Below, piece by piece: positions 9,240 through 18,549 of a DNA stretch of 64,000 bases (position 1 is its first letter; each line of letters starts with the position of its first letter). The stretch comes from a virus: positions 76,004 through 140,003 of the IMG/VR virus record IMGVR_UViG_3300035698_008372; one strand, written 5' to 3'. Below the pieces are notes generated by a model. That model searched no databases and had not been told where the DNA came from. It saw only the letters and a list, made by a program, of their open reading frames with translations. The position numbers were made by a program, and so were the translations under genes.

Positions 9240-10079
9240 ATGAAAAAGGGGTCAGCGAGAACATTACAATATTGATTGGATAAAGGGTATAAAGGGGAAG
9301 AAGCAGAAAAAATGCGTATGAGCAGAATTCCAGGTACTATAGAATATTTTACTATATTTAAGGGGCTCCCATTGAATGAGGCCGAAATTGCGAAAGAAAA
9401 TTATAACAAAAGGTCCGTTCCGACATTGGAAAATATGATACGCAAGTATGGGGAAACTGAAGGTGAAATTAGGTGGGGTGCATATCGTGAAAAACAGGCA
9501 AAATCCAATACATTTGAATATAAGCGTGATAAGTATGGTTGGACATTGGAACAATTCGATGCTTATAACAAATCAAGGGGATTGTCTGGTAAAGACAATG
9601 GCAATTATGGGTCGAGCTATTATGAAGCTTGGGTTAAAAAGTATGGAAAAATAAAGGCCGATGAAATGAATAATGCTTTAGGTGAATTGAAAGCCAAAGG
9701 GGGGAAATCTCAAAAAGGTGTACCCAAATCATTTGTGGCTAGAAAAAATATGAGTATAGCTGCAAAGAAAAGGATAATGGATCAGGGTACTTACATTTCA
9801 TATAATCCAAATTCAATTCCGATAATTGAAAAATATGGAAAAGAAAATGGATATAAATTTCAACATGCTGAAAATGGCGGCGAATATTTGGTTAGGGAAG
9901 TTTACTATTGGGTAGATGGGTATGATCATGAAAATAATGTGGTGGTTGAATATGATGAAAAATACCATGAAATGCAAACGGAAAAAGATAAAATTAGGCA
10001 ACAACATATAATGGATGTGTTGGGGTGCAAATTTATAAGAATTAAAGAATCTGGAGAAATTAAGATTTATGAAAATTAA
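9240..10079 (+). CDS. Free-standing endonuclease (Vsr/DUF559-like C-terminus) between PolB fragments; 1 in-frame TGA
   Basis: GGAG RBS, then MKKGSARTLQY*LDKGY (TGA 9273); KYG repeats; YWVDGYD...VVEYDEKYH...D.IRQ..I...LGCKFIRI. Confidence 0.8.
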
Positions 10080-10990
10080 AAATATAAGGGAATCAAAAGG
10101 TGTCGATGTGGATCATGTTATCTACATCGACACGTAGTGCGGATTCACTATTTATTTCGTCAACCGCGATGGTGAGCAAACGATATGGAAACAAGAAATT
10201 CAGTGATGTCATGCTGTCACAGTACATCTTGACAATAGCTGGTGACACCCAAAAATTCATAAATAACTCGTATGACTATTTTGCCAAGAAATTCTGTAAT
10301 CTTCCCGGTGCACACCGGTTTGAGATTAAACAGGAATTGATTGCAAAGTCAGCTGTATTTGTCAATGCTAAGAAAAATTATGGGTTGCGTGTTATCAATG
10401 ACAATGGTGTGAAAGTGGATAAAAATGTGTACAAAGGCTTGGCCGTAGTTCGCAGTGATTTCCCACAATCATACAGAAAATTGTTAGGTGAGGTGCTAGG
10501 TGATGTTCTAGCGGATGTTCCAAAAGATAAGATCGACGATCGTATTATTGAATACAAAAACAACATGAGATACTTGAATGTCGAAGATATCGCCAAACCA
10601 ACTGGGGTTAAGAATATCAAAAAATATTTGGTTCCACCTGGAGCGGGTGGGGGATTTTCTACTTGGAAGTCTCGTTGTCCTATCCATGTCAAATCATCTA
10701 TCATATACAATGATTTGATTAAGCATTTTGACAAACAAAAGAAGTACGCATTGATAGGGGCCGGCGACAAGGTCAAATGGGTGTACTTAAAGAAAAATAA
10801 TTTAGGATTAGAAAGTGTGGCTTATACAGGTCACGAAGACCCAAAGGAAATTATGGATTTCATATATAATTTTGTGGATAGGGATAAGATGTACGATAGT
10901 ATATTTTTGAACAAAATCACATCAATATATTCTGCCATGGACTGGTCGTTGCCCATAGATAAAAAGTTCTCGATGGACAGATTTTTTTAA
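10069..10990 (+). CDS. polB: Family B DNA polymerase, C-terminal fragment, interrupted by 7 nt (10135-10141) within motif C
   Basis: MKIKNIRESKGVDVDHVIYIDT-[TAGTGCG]-DSLFIS; KKNYG, KGLAVVRSD, PIHVK; C-terminal SMDRFF. Confidence 0.88.
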
Positions 10991-10993
10991 TCG

Positions 10994-11023
10994 TTTGGGC
11001 ACATTAATGTATATGTATATATA
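10994..11023 (+). promoter_or_regulatory. Putative phage middle/late promoter
   Basis: TTTGGGCA...TATATGTATATATA upstream of the clamp gene. Confidence 0.55.
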
Positions 11024-11041
11024 AAGAAACAAGGAGTTACA

Positions 11042-11761
11042 ATGGAAAAAGGAAAATTAGTACGGTTTATTCAAAAATATCATTTGAATGGCAACGTACA
11101 ATCGGTTTCAATGAATAGTGACGGTGAGACGTTAAAGGCGGAGTTTGTAACTTCGGACAGAGGGTTGCTCGGAACTATTAAAATGAAGAATTGGGGATTT
11201 GAAAAATCCAAAATTGGTATCTTGGATACTGAGAAGTTCTTAAAATTATTGGCAGTATTGGATAATGATGTTAAATTGTCATTGTTAAAAGCTGGCGATA
11301 CGGCAATCACATTAAAGGTCGCGGACAATAGTTCTACAGTCAATCTGATGTTATCAGACTTGTCGGTAATTCCAGCTGTACCGCCTTTGAAGTATGTGCC
11401 GCCAATGAATCTCAAGTTGAACTTGGATTCAAATTTCATTAAGAAGTTTATCGCTGGTAAGGGTGCTCTATCCGATGTGGATAATTTCACAGTGGTCACA
11501 GATAACGATTCTGTTAATTTGGTGATCGGTTATGCATCAATTAATACGGACAGGGTTATTGTTCCAGTTGATACTGAAGTATTCGAAAAGATTGACAAGG
11601 TATCATTCAACGCAAATATCTTCAAAGATATCCTGCAATGTAACCGTGAATGTAAAAGTGGAGTAATGGAAATCAGCTCAGAGGGTCTTTCAAAACTGAC
11701 CTTTAATGTTGATGACTATGAAGTTGTGTATTTCTTAGCCGCATCTGAAAACGTAGGATAA
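11042..11761 (+). CDS. Sliding clamp (T4 gp45/PCNA-like)
   Basis: 239 aa, two-domain beta-rich pattern, ends ISSEGLSKLTF..YFLA; lies between PolB and the clamp loader. Confidence 0.75.
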   Translation: MEKGKLVRFIQKYHLNGNVQSVSMNSDGETLKAEFVTSDRGLLGTIKMKNWGFEKSKIGILDTEKFLKLLAVLDNDVKLSLLKAGDTAITLKVADNSSTVNLMLSDLSVIPAVPPLKYVPPMNLKLNLDSNFIKKFIAGKGALSDVDNFTVVTDNDSVNLVIGYASINTDRVIVPVDTEVFEKIDKVSFNANIFKDILQCNRECKSGVMEISSEGLSKLTFNVDDYEVVYFLAASENVG

Positions 11762-11767
11762 ACAACA

Positions 11768-12694
11768 ATGGTTAGAAAAACATCTCATTCGATATGGTGT
11801 GAATTATATCGACCAACATCAATGGAAACATTCGTAGGAAATGATCATCTCAAGGATAAAATTGATATGTACATTGAAACCAATGATCCGCCCCACCTGT
11901 TATTTCATGGTAAGGCGGGCACTGGTAAAACTACATTGGCCAAGGTCATACATAATAGTATAGACTGTGACCACTTGTACATCAATGCTTCAGACAAAGG
12001 TGGTGTGGATTACATTAGGACTGATATCATTCCATTTGCCAGTAGTGTTGGATTTAGGGAGTTGAAATTGGTTATCCTCGATGAGGCCGACTTTTTGACT
12101 CCACAATTCCAAGCATCACTACGCAACGCTATGGAAACGTACGCGATGAATACTCGGTTCATATTGACTTGCAATTACCCCGAACGGATAATCGAACCAA
12201 TACAGAGCCGGTGCCAAATGTTTGAAGTTTATCCTCCAAGCAAAAAGGAAATCGCCGTACATGTCAGTGCAATATTGGCAAAAGAGGGTGTGAACCATAC
12301 CGCGAGTGACATCGGATTGATTGTCAATAGTAAATATCCAGACATTAGAAGTATTATCAATACATTGCAGAAACAATCAATTAATGGTGAGCTGAGATTG
12401 GACAAGCGTTCGGTTGTGGAAAGTGACTATAAATTGAAGATATTGGATGTACTGAAAAAGCAGGATAAGAAAAACTCATTTGCTAGTATTAGACAAATGG
12501 TGGCGGACAATTCAATCAGAGATTTCGCTGAGATTTATTCAATGTTATTTTCTGAGGTGGATGATTACGCTAAGGGTCATATCGCTCAAACGATATTGAT
12601 TCTGGCCAGATACCAATTGAGTGATTCTCAAAGTGTCGATAAAGAAATAAATTTTATGGCATGCGTAATAGAATTGTTAGATTGTATTAAGTAA
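11768..12694 (+). CDS. Clamp loader AAA+ subunit (RFC/gp44-like)
   Basis: W.E.YRP, GKAGTGKTT, INASD, ILDEAD, IQSRC, PDIRSIIN. Confidence 0.93.
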   Translation: MVRKTSHSIWCELYRPTSMETFVGNDHLKDKIDMYIETNDPPHLLFHGKAGTGKTTLAKVIHNSIDCDHLYINASDKGGVDYIRTDIIPFASSVGFRELKLVILDEADFLTPQFQASLRNAMETYAMNTRFILTCNYPERIIEPIQSRCQMFEVYPPSKKEIAVHVSAILAKEGVNHTASDIGLIVNSKYPDIRSIINTLQKQSINGELRLDKRSVVESDYKLKILDVLKKQDKKNSFASIRQMVADNSIRDFAEIYSMLFSEVDDYAKGHIAQTILILARYQLSDSQSVDKEINFMACVIELLDCIK

Positions 12695-13498
12695 ATGGAA
12701 GAACAATTTGTAGACACGTCGAGGGTAGAACTTAGGATTATTACTACCGCTATAGCAAAAAGGATGATTGTAAAATACCATTACAGTCACGCATGGCCCG
12801 CATCAACTCAAGCTCCATTAGGGGTATTCTATAAGACAGGCAAGAAACATAAGTTTCTTGATGAGGATGATGAAAAATTGATTGGTTGTATTGTCTATGG
12901 CAATCCAGTTGGTCGTAGAGCGGCCGCATCTATAGTGGATAGTGATGAGATTAACGCTCATGAAAGTGTTTATGAATTGACAAGGTTATTCATCCATGAT
13001 GGATACGGCAAGAATATTGAGAGTTATGTTATAGGTCAATCGTTCAAATGGTTGAAAGAGAATAGGCCTAAAATCAAAATGTTGATCAGTTATGCCGACC
13101 CAGCACAGGGTCATGTTGGAGGAATCTATAAGGCCACCAACTGGGGATACCAAAGTGCGGATGATATGAAGTTGATGTTCAATTACCCAATTTCATTAAC
13201 AAACGATCCTTATGATTGGATTCATAGCCGTACTGTATTTTCAAGGTACGGAGTGACTCCATATCCAACGGATGATGCAGTAGCCAAAATGAAGAAAGCG
13301 GTGGGCCAGACATTCTGGATGAAACGAGAATGTGTGAAGCATCGCTATATTCAATTCTTAGTGGACAAGAGGGAAAAACGGAAATTGATAAAATTGCTGA
13401 AGCACCCATTTCGAGACTATCCTACAACGGCCGACGACGATAGTGAAATTATTGAAGTGATAGTTGACGGGAGTGGAAAATTTGGGAAGTTCATGTAA
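12695..13498 (+). CDS. Mom-like adenine-modifying GNAT protein, paralog 1
   Basis: KYHYSH, ELTRLFIHDGYGKNIES, ISYADPAQGHVGGIYKATNW. Confidence 0.82.
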   Translation: MEEQFVDTSRVELRIITTAIAKRMIVKYHYSHAWPASTQAPLGVFYKTGKKHKFLDEDDEKLIGCIVYGNPVGRRAAASIVDSDEINAHESVYELTRLFIHDGYGKNIESYVIGQSFKWLKENRPKIKMLISYADPAQGHVGGIYKATNWGYQSADDMKLMFNYPISLTNDPYDWIHSRTVFSRYGVTPYPTDDAVAKMKKAVGQTFWMKRECVKHRYIQFLVDKREKRKLIKLLKHPFRDYPTTADDDSEIIEVIVDGSGKFGKFM

Positions 13499-14265
13499 TG
13501 GAGAAATATACAGACATATCTAGAGTAAGTGTTCGACCAATAGATCGGACTACTGCTAAAGGTATCATTGAAAAATACCATTATAGTCATTTGATTCCAG
13601 CTACTTTACAGCTGTCATTGGGTGTATTTTATGAATCTGATGACACAGGTAAATTTTTTGATGACAATGAAAAATTGATAGGGTGCATAATGTATGGGCA
13701 TCCATCTGGCAGAATGGTAGTGGATTCCATAACCGAAGGTGATTTGCTCGATCGGGAAAATATAATGGAACTTTTGAGGTTGTTTATCCATGATGGTTAT
13801 GGCAAGAATATTGAGAGTTATGTAATCGGACAATCGTTCAAATGGCTCAAAATCAACAGACCAAAAGTAAAGGTGTTAATCAGCTTTTCCGACCCAGCAG
13901 AAGGTCATTTGGGTATCATATACCAATCGACCAACTGGTTGTTTCAAATGATTCCATCATCTGGTAAGTGGCAATTTTCAATGGAAAAAAACCCGTATCA
14001 TTGGGTACACCCCAGAACAATATTTGGAAGATATGGATTTTGTGGTGTGGAAGATATGAAAAAGTCATTTGATAAGAACTTCTATGCCAAGCGCCTGACA
14101 AACAAATTTCGATATTTGTACATACTGACCAATAAATCGGAAGCTAGGAAAATCAAGAAAAATCTAATCCACGAACTACTGCCATACCCAAAGTCAATTG
14201 ATTATATGGAAGAAATAGTGGAAGTCGAAGTGAGCGGAAATTCGAAGCTCGGAAAGTTCATATAA
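13498..14265 (+). CDS. Mom-like adenine-modifying GNAT protein, paralog 2
   Basis: KYHYSH, ELLRLFIHDGYGKNIES, ISFSDPAEGHLGIIYQSTNW. Confidence 0.82.
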   Translation: MEKYTDISRVSVRPIDRTTAKGIIEKYHYSHLIPATLQLSLGVFYESDDTGKFFDDNEKLIGCIMYGHPSGRMVVDSITEGDLLDRENIMELLRLFIHDGYGKNIESYVIGQSFKWLKINRPKVKVLISFSDPAEGHLGIIYQSTNWLFQMIPSSGKWQFSMEKNPYHWVHPRTIFGRYGFCGVEDMKKSFDKNFYAKRLTNKFRYLYILTNKSEARKIKKNLIHELLPYPKSIDYMEEIVEVEVSGNSKLGKFI

Positions 14266-15032
14266 TGGAAAAATATACGGATACTTCTAGGGTCACTATA
14301 AGGCCGATAGACAAAAAGACTGGTATTAATATGATTAAAAAATACCATTACACTCACAAAGCACCTGGTACTACTCAGGATGTGTTGGGTGTGTTTTATA
14401 AGGGTGAAGAAGCCAACAAGTTTTTCGATGATGATGAAGTATTGATCGGGTGCATGTTATATGGTCATCCAGTTGGTAGGTGGACAATAAAATCCATTAT
14501 CGAAGATGAAAATATCAAATCCTATAATGTGTATGAATTACTGAGGTTATTTGTACACGATGGGTATGGCAAGAATATCGAAAGCTTTGTCATAGGTCAA
14601 TCATTTAAGTGGCTGAAAGAGAACCGACCAGAGGTGAAAATATTGGTGAGTTATGCCGATCCTGAAGCCGGTCATGTGGGCATCATATACCAATCAACTA
14701 ACTGGATGTTCCAGATTCCAGAACCAGGTGGAGCAATGATGACTTCACTAACCAAAGACCCGTATGTATGGGTTCACCCAAGGTCAATGCACGCAAAGTT
14801 TGGTGCTTGTGGGGTGGATGGTCTCAAAGAGGCATTGGACAAACCATTCTACATGAAAAAATCACCTCCAAAATTTAGATATGTATATCTATTGACGGAC
14901 AAAAGGGAGAGCAAGATATTGAAATCGAAATTCGTATATCAACAATCTCCATATCCAAAAGAGCACGATTATGTTGAAAAAGTTATTGAAATGGTGCCCA
15001 ATGAAGAGAAAAAATTTAGTAAATTTATTTAA
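14265..15032 (+). CDS. Mom-like adenine-modifying GNAT protein, paralog 3
   Basis: KYHYTH, ELLRLFVHDGYGKNIES, VSYADPEAGHVGIIYQSTNW. Confidence 0.82.
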   Translation: MEKYTDTSRVTIRPIDKKTGINMIKKYHYTHKAPGTTQDVLGVFYKGEEANKFFDDDEVLIGCMLYGHPVGRWTIKSIIEDENIKSYNVYELLRLFVHDGYGKNIESFVIGQSFKWLKENRPEVKILVSYADPEAGHVGIIYQSTNWMFQIPEPGGAMMTSLTKDPYVWVHPRSMHAKFGACGVDGLKEALDKPFYMKKSPPKFRYVYLLTDKRESKILKSKFVYQQSPYPKEHDYVEKVIEMVPNEEKKFSKFI

Positions 15033-15064
15033 ATGGTATATATTTATACCTGAAAGGAAATGTT

Positions 15065-15328
15065 ATGAGTCAATTAAATCCAAGAAAACCATTACCAAAA
15101 TCACCACCAAAACTAGACCTAGCGAAGGCAGAAACCATCGTATGTGAACAAGAGGGGTGTGGTAATATGTTATTTCTTCAGTCATTCGTGATGAAAAGAG
15201 TATCGGCCATTTTGAGCCCAAGCGGTAAAGAAGAATTACTACAAATTCCAGTTATGAGTTGCGGAGCATGTGGTGGGGTCAATAAGGAATTCATGGCCGC
15301 ATTCGGAGAACCCGACAGCGATGGTTAA
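15065..15328 (+). CDS. Small Zn-ribbon protein
   Basis: CEQEGC...CGAC. Confidence 0.65.
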   Translation: MSQLNPRKPLPKSPPKLDLAKAETIVCEQEGCGNMLFLQSFVMKRVSAILSPSGKEELLQIPVMSCGACGGVNKEFMAAFGEPDSDG

Positions 15329-15770
15329 TACCAAGATCAAAAAGGCCAAAACCTTATTTGAACATGTAAACCATGTCAATGAAAAACAAACCAAAAATTA
15401 CTGGGAAACCTTATCTGAAGCCGATAAGAAAAATTGGTCCAATTATATGATCCACAGGTTTTTGTCGATGGAACCAGCATTTATTGAGATAGTGAATGAG
15501 GTTCAAAAATATAATCTCACTCCGGATATGGTGTATAAATTCTACATAGATGTTCTGCCAAAGGGTAAGCGGTGGTTGAAATATGTAAAAAAAACGGCCA
15601 AACAGAAATTCGAGAGTGGATTGGTGGAATTGTTTGCAAAGCATTTTGAGGCTAGTATTCTTGAATCGACTGAATACATTGAATTATTGAGCCGATCTGA
15701 AATTGAAGAGATTTTGGACAAATATGGTCTGGATGCAAAAACAAAACGAAAATATCTGAAAGGAATTTAG
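15321..15770 (+). CDS. Clamp loader small subunit (T4 gp62-like)
   Basis: NYMIHRFLSM...Y.FY...LPKGKRWLKY pattern; replication context. Confidence 0.7.
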   Translation: MVNTKIKKAKTLFEHVNHVNEKQTKNYWETLSEADKKNWSNYMIHRFLSMEPAFIEIVNEVQKYNLTPDMVYKFYIDVLPKGKRWLKYVKKTAKQKFESGLVELFAKHFEASILESTEYIELLSRSEIEEILDKYGLDAKTKRKYLKGI

Positions 15771-15771
15771 A

Positions 15772-15951
15772 ATGTCATTACACAAGAGATGGTTAATAGA
15801 AGAAATCCAGAAATACTGGAATGTAACACAAGAGGAAGCATTAAGGTATGCAGATACATACGATGCGACTGAGCAAGGTAGAGTTGAATTGAAAGCCATA
15901 TTGATCAAATGTGGAGTTTCCAGAGAAAAATTAAGAGAATTGAGATTATAG
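15772..15951 (+). CDS. Small protein resembling the C-terminal helices of the preceding gp62-like protein
   Basis: WLIEEIQKYW...EA..Y...ELKAILIKCG versus LVELFAKHF...ES..Y...EIEEILDKYG. Confidence 0.5.
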   Translation: MSLHKRWLIEEIQKYWNVTQEEALRYADTYDATEQGRVELKAILIKCGVSREKLRELRL

Positions 15952-15959
15952 GAGCTAGT

Positions 15960-16577
15960 ATGGAAGAAAATGTAGATTTAGAAGAGGGTGTAAAAGAACC
16001 CGGAGAAATAGAAGAAGTATCGGTGGCGTTTGATTTGGGGTCATTCCAATTGGATAATGGTATTGATTTGATCAATAACGCTCTCCATTTTGTGGGAGAA
16101 TTCAATTCAGAATCAATCGCTGATATTATTAATAGGATGACATTTATGTATAATGTCAACTCCGAGAGGGATATCAATTTAATGGTGACTTCTCAAGGTG
16201 GTGATGTGTACGCATTATTCGGCCTGCTCGATTTTATACATGGCCTAAAGGTAAAGGTAAATGTGTATGTAATTGGTAGTGCATTGTCTTCAGGGGGTAT
16301 CCTGCTTGCATGTACGACGGGTGAACGAGTGGTCGGCCCACATTCAGTGGTTTTATTCCATGATGGTGAAATATCAATGGGTGGCAAATTGGATGATGTA
16401 AAGGGTCAAAGTAAGCACATGGAAATGTTAGCCGATAAAATTCTCGATATGTTGGAAGAAAAAACTTCAATGAATCGCAAGTTTTGGCTTGACAATACCA
16501 AAAATGACTTGTATCTTGAAGCTGACGATTGTGTAACTTATGGGATAGCTGATAGAATTGGAGGAATGCATGACTAA
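15960..16577 (+). CDS. clpP: ClpP-like protease subunit
   Basis: INLMVTSQGGDV, GSALSSG, VLFH, DLYLEADDCVTYGIAD. Confidence 0.8.
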   Translation: MEENVDLEEGVKEPGEIEEVSVAFDLGSFQLDNGIDLINNALHFVGEFNSESIADIINRMTFMYNVNSERDINLMVTSQGGDVYALFGLLDFIHGLKVKVNVYVIGSALSSGGILLACTTGERVVGPHSVVLFHDGEISMGGKLDDVKGQSKHMEMLADKILDMLEEKTSMNRKFWLDNTKNDLYLEADDCVTYGIADRIGGMHD

Positions 16578-17451
16578 TCACGTTTCCAATTCACAGGTAG
16601 TGAAGTATTCAAAATGCCCATTACATTGGAAATTGGAGTATATTGATGAGATAGGGGACTATGAAACGAATATCTACTTGATATTTGGTACATCCGCTCA
16701 TACTGTTATACAATCGTATATCAAGACATTGTATAACGAAAGTGTTAAGAAAGCCAATGAAATGGATTTGGATCAAATGCTCATAGATGAAATGAAATCG
16801 GAGTATGCTAAGGCACAGGAAAAGGGCGATCCGAATCCTTGTACCAAAGCAGAGATGATTGAATTTTATTATGATGGTATCAAAATATTCAGATATTTGA
16901 TAGCACATCAGAAGGAATATTTCCCTAAGAGAAACCACAAATTACTCGGAATAGAAACTGGGTTGGGTGTGGAATATGGCCCAGTAGAATTCGCTGGGTA
17001 TCTGGATGTGGTTATTCTGAATGATACCACTAAAAAGATCAAGATAATTGACTTGAAAACGTCTACCAATGGGTGGAACAAGTGGCAGAAAATGGACAAA
17101 TCCAAATCCAATCAACTGTTATTCTATAAGAAATTCTATGGAGAAAAGTTTAATATCCAGATGAATGACATTATGGTGGAATTTTTGATACTCAAGCGCA
17201 AGTTATATGAGAATATGGATTTCCCACAAAAGCGAATACAAAGGTTTGTGCCCGCAAGTGGTACACCTTCTATAAACAAAGCGATGAATGATTTGGAAAC
17301 CTTTGTAAATGAGGCTTTCACTGAAACAGGAGAAAAGAATACGGAACGGAAATATCCGGCAAGGTCTGGCAAAAACAATAGAAATTGTACATACTGCCCC
17401 TTCAAAGATCATCCAAAGTATTGTGATCCAAAAGATAGGATAAGGGGTTAA
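16570..17451 (+). CDS. PD-(D/E)XK nuclease (RecB/Cas4-like)
   Basis: S.SQ...Y..CP, FGTSAH, GYLDVV, IIDLKTS, QL.FY, CTYCPF. Confidence 0.85.
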   Translation: MTNHVSNSQVVKYSKCPLHWKLEYIDEIGDYETNIYLIFGTSAHTVIQSYIKTLYNESVKKANEMDLDQMLIDEMKSEYAKAQEKGDPNPCTKAEMIEFYYDGIKIFRYLIAHQKEYFPKRNHKLLGIETGLGVEYGPVEFAGYLDVVILNDTTKKIKIIDLKTSTNGWNKWQKMDKSKSNQLLFYKKFYGEKFNIQMNDIMVEFLILKRKLYENMDFPQKRIQRFVPASGTPSINKAMNDLETFVNEAFTETGEKNTERKYPARSGKNNRNCTYCPFKDHPKYCDPKDRIRG

Positions 17452-17453
17452 TT

Positions 17454-17897
17454 ATGACCATACTTTTAAGAATATTATTAACGGATATGCTGGATAATCC
17501 AATGGAGAACATAGTTCTGCACAGAATTGAGAAGGCCACAAAAGAACTGAAAACTGGTTTTGCGGTTGAATTTTGGTATATCAAGGGGGAAGTGGGAGTT
17601 CCCAGAGTACAGAAATTTATTGATAAAATTTCAACGATGTTCCACTGCCAAATGTCGGTAAAAATGGTAGAATCTGATGCAGACCAACCACATGGATTTG
17701 TACTCCCGCCACATGAAAAGCATGTGTGGTTCAATGTCACTCCAATGAGGTACAAGAATTTGCACATAAGTTATAGGTTTGAATATGTGTACGATGGAAT
17801 AGAAGATATGGGTAACGCTGTATCCGATTTTATCAAAACAGTTAAATTCTATGAAAAACCAAAACAAGATAATAGACGACAAAAAAGGAACGATTAA
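17454..17897 (+). CDS. Hypothetical protein
   Basis: 147-aa ORF, translationally coupled. Confidence 0.6.
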   Translation: MTILLRILLTDMLDNPMENIVLHRIEKATKELKTGFAVEFWYIKGEVGVPRVQKFIDKISTMFHCQMSVKMVESDADQPHGFVLPPHEKHVWFNVTPMRYKNLHISYRFEYVYDGIEDMGNAVSDFIKTVKFYEKPKQDNRRQKRND

Positions 17898-18304
17898 TGA
17901 ATGTGAAAATCGGTATTGTGGGCAGTCGCAAATATGCCAATAATAGGAAAATGAAGGATATCATATTCAAGCTGAAAGAACGGTTTGGTGACGATGTTGA
18001 AATAGTAAGTGGTGAACAGAAGCAAGGTGCCGATGGAATGGCTAAGAAAATAGCATTGGAAATGGGCATGAAATATGTGTCATTCCCGCCAAAGCATTAT
18101 CCTTACAATAGTTATTGTATTATGGAATCATCCGATTATGGCAAGCCATACAGGGTGTGGTATTATAATGAACGGAATACTCAAATAGCCGAATATTCCG
18201 ATTATGTGTTCGCATTCATTCCAGAGGGTGTGGATTCTAGGGGCACAATGGACACCGTAAAAAAAGCTCGTAAATTGGAAAAAAAAGTCGTCATTTTTAA
18301 CTAG
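17897..18304 (+). CDS. SLOG-fold (DprA/YspA-like) protein
   Basis: IGIVGSR, IVSG...GAD, RNTQIA..SD, SRGT. Confidence 0.8.
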   Translation: MNVKIGIVGSRKYANNRKMKDIIFKLKERFGDDVEIVSGEQKQGADGMAKKIALEMGMKYVSFPPKHYPYNSYCIMESSDYGKPYRVWYYNERNTQIAEYSDYVFAFIPEGVDSRGTMDTVKKARKLEKKVVIFN

Positions 18305-18338
18305 TTCATTGATATATATAAATATACAGGAGATAGAA

Positions 18339-18536
18339 ATGGATAAAGACAACACAAAATTAACAACGGTAAAGCTGATCGACGATTGATATAGGCAGTT
18401 CAAATTGCATGCTATCAATGACGATTTCACTTTGCAAAAACTTGTAAATCGAACCATACATAGATATGTAAATGACGATGTATATAGAAATGATATGTTA
18501 AATTATGATATGCCATTGAGTGGCAGTAAATATTAA
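18339..18536 (+). CDS. Small ribbon-helix-helix-like protein; 1 in-frame TGA (18387)
   Basis: AGGAG RBS; LTTVKLIDD*YRQFK...TLQKLVNRTIHRYV. Confidence 0.65.
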
Positions 18537-18549
18537 TCGGAGGTTATAA

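Noticed and set aside
10137-10141. Group II intron 5' end (GTGCG) in polB
   Set aside because: The sequence immediately downstream is polymerase exon, and no domain V or RT is visible.
16570-17451. Cas4 / CRISPR system
   Set aside because: No repeat-spacer array or other cas genes were seen; this is a stand-alone phage nuclease.
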